From contig OZ210884.1 of assembly GCA_964658305.1 (NCBI GenBank), positions 1,860,001-1,924,000 of the forward strand: 64,000 bases of DNA, read 5' to 3'. This stretch comes from Leptogorgia sarmentosa (lineage: Eukaryota). Below, piece by piece: positions 62,063 to 64,000 of the stretch (positions within the stretch are counted from its first letter, which is position 1; every line of letters begins with the position of its first letter). The notes beneath the pieces are model-generated. The model was not told the origin of the DNA. It saw only the letters and a program-made list of their open reading frames with translations, and searched no databases. The position numbers were made by a program, and so were the translations under genes.

Positions 62063-63649
62063 GTATGTCTTACAGTATGTTTGCTTATGAAGTGCTTCTA
62101 AAAATCATTTACAAATATTGCAAGGTTTGGTTGTAAAAAACGTATATAGCAGCCTTTATTAGGCCTGTCTTTCTTAGGCATAAGTGACACATGCATACAA
62201 GATGTGATCTCACAATTCGCTTTCACAAAAGGTTTTATTTCACATGCAACTTCCTTTTTGCAAGTGGTATATGGGTTTCACGTAGCTAAGATTGATAGAT
62301 TCACATATAAATCACCTGTAATCCGCCACTGTTATTAATTGTGGAATATCCTGCGCGTGCTTCCAGGAATATTTTCAGAGTGGCCGTTACGCTAAAGGAA
62401 AGTCTATATTAGTCATTGAATGGACGAACCAACATGGCTGCCATAGTCGAGATCTGTATTGTAACTTTGTGCTTCAATATCGATGTCAAGAAGACAAGAA
62501 AGACGGAAGTTTGAATGAGCACTCGATGAGAAATGGTAAGAAAGCAAATGCCGTTTGTAACCATATCAGGTGATGGCTGACGAAATTATTCCGACAGGAG
62601 GGAAAAAAAGATTTCAGCCACATTGCGACCAAATGAAAATCTGGCAATGACCGCCATTGCATCAAGTTTGCAACGTTGCAAATGTTTTGCAAATTTACAA
62701 AAAAATTCAGAGAAAATACACTACTAGACTTGTGCTATTGAAAGCTTATTTGCGAAAATTTGAGCCTATACCCTACTCCTCTCAATGAAAAAGGATTTTT
62801 ATTGGCGAAAGTTTTTTTTTTAAATTTGAACATATTTCGCACCCTAAAAAAAACCCACGCAGATTTTTATCGGGTTGCAAACTTAGTACAAATCCATTAT
62901 TTCATCAAACATTCAATTTCAATTGAGTTGAAAATCTTTTCGTTATGCAAATGGTTGCGTAAACCTTTGTTGAATTAAGATACGTGCACACGCTACGATT
63001 TGTCAAGCACGATTCGAAGTCAGGACGACGTAATCGAGTGAGCCCGCACGAGACACTCATATTTCCAGTTACGATTCAATCTTAACGAAATAGAATGACA
63101 GTGTCAGAATTGTTTTTCATATACGCCAGACTATCAATCGTGCCCAAAAAAATCGCAATGTCCAAACGTAGCTTTATCTCGTTTAATAATATACATAAAA
63201 GAATTACTCGACTGTGATTGGTTCATTTCATTGCAGTTAATCCCAAATCACAGTGCAACTTTCAGTAATCACAGTGCAATTTTTTGTAATCACTTTGACC
63301 CAATCAAATTAGAGCTCAAGCTACAGTTTTCATCAAAACAAAATAAACATGGTGGCCGCGTTAAACAAATTAAAAATTGTCTTCGAGTCGAAAATATAGG
63401 TTTTATCTTTCTCTTATGACGGAAAACACTATATCTCAAACAAGACTAACAAAAGTTACGTGTTTGGGCGAATTTTTGAAGCAGTTATCGCTGTAAAATG
63501 GGAAATAAACCAAACAGGAAAACTCTGCCGGTGAAATTTCGCTTTGAGACGTAAGTTAACACAACAATTGTCTCGAATACTTTCATACGAACTATTAACA
63601 AGCAATAGTATGGTTTCTCATGCAATTTGGAATTAACATACACTCCTGA

Positions 63650-63743
63650 GGCCTAGGTTAAACGTCGGACTTTTCATGCGCCGAACCTAATGTTAATGAG
63701 CAAAGTTCTTTGTTTGAGCTCATTTCGACGTTTGACGTAGGCC
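63650..63743. mobile_element. Internally deleted relative of the 30757-30876 MITE
   Basis: Shares acgtcg.acttttcatg.gccgaa.ctaatgttaa and aagttctttgtttg; TGA on both flanks. Confidence 0.65.
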
Positions 63744-64000
63744 TGAGTTTTCCACGCAAAGACCTGAAATAGCACTCGTCCTTCTGACTCGTGCTATTTA
63801 GAGGTCATATTAATAATGCTACTGCACTGCAGCTATAATGCGCCATTCGAAATTGGATAGTTGATATTTTGTGACGCACCTCGTTAATGTCATTTTAATT
63901 GTTTGCCTTGTTGCGACGTCCTGTTTTATTGCACATGGTGGAAAATTCGTAGAATCTGTAGAACTGGCGGAGTGTTTACACACTGTTTGTTTAGTGTTTT

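Overview
AT-rich eukaryotic genomic DNA with GT-AG introns and many MITEs; probably an anthozoan cnidarian (inferred from the repeat and gene content). The ORF track shows only exon fragments, so I spliced three genes by hand. (1) Gene P (+, <1..25128; 28 exons and about 1547 aa inside the window, 5' end outside) is a tandem array of at least 7 four-exon modules. Each module is a 6-Cys EGF/EB-like cap plus a beta-rich domain that aligns by eye with the betaglycan (TGFBR3)/endoglin orphan domain. It ends in a Cys-Cys motif and a five-heptad coiled coil carrying an RhxxhE trimer motif, with no TM segment. (2) Gene M (-, 39715..26712; 15 coding exons, 786 aa) is a convergent paralog: signal peptide, 3 of the same modules, stalk, TM helix and a short tail ending VYVNHTYNQR. 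P and M look like a tail-to-tail pair of a membrane receptor and a probably secreted multivalent partner, diversifying by module duplication and patchwork gene conversion. (3) The first three coding exons of a DD3-3 family gene (+, from 59334). The rest includes a truncated Penelope-like element with an inverted pseudo-LTR and hammerhead motif, P-/hAT-/Harbinger-like MITEs, and several hairpin-bearing probable Crypton remnants. Family assignments are recalled from memory, not from database searches.
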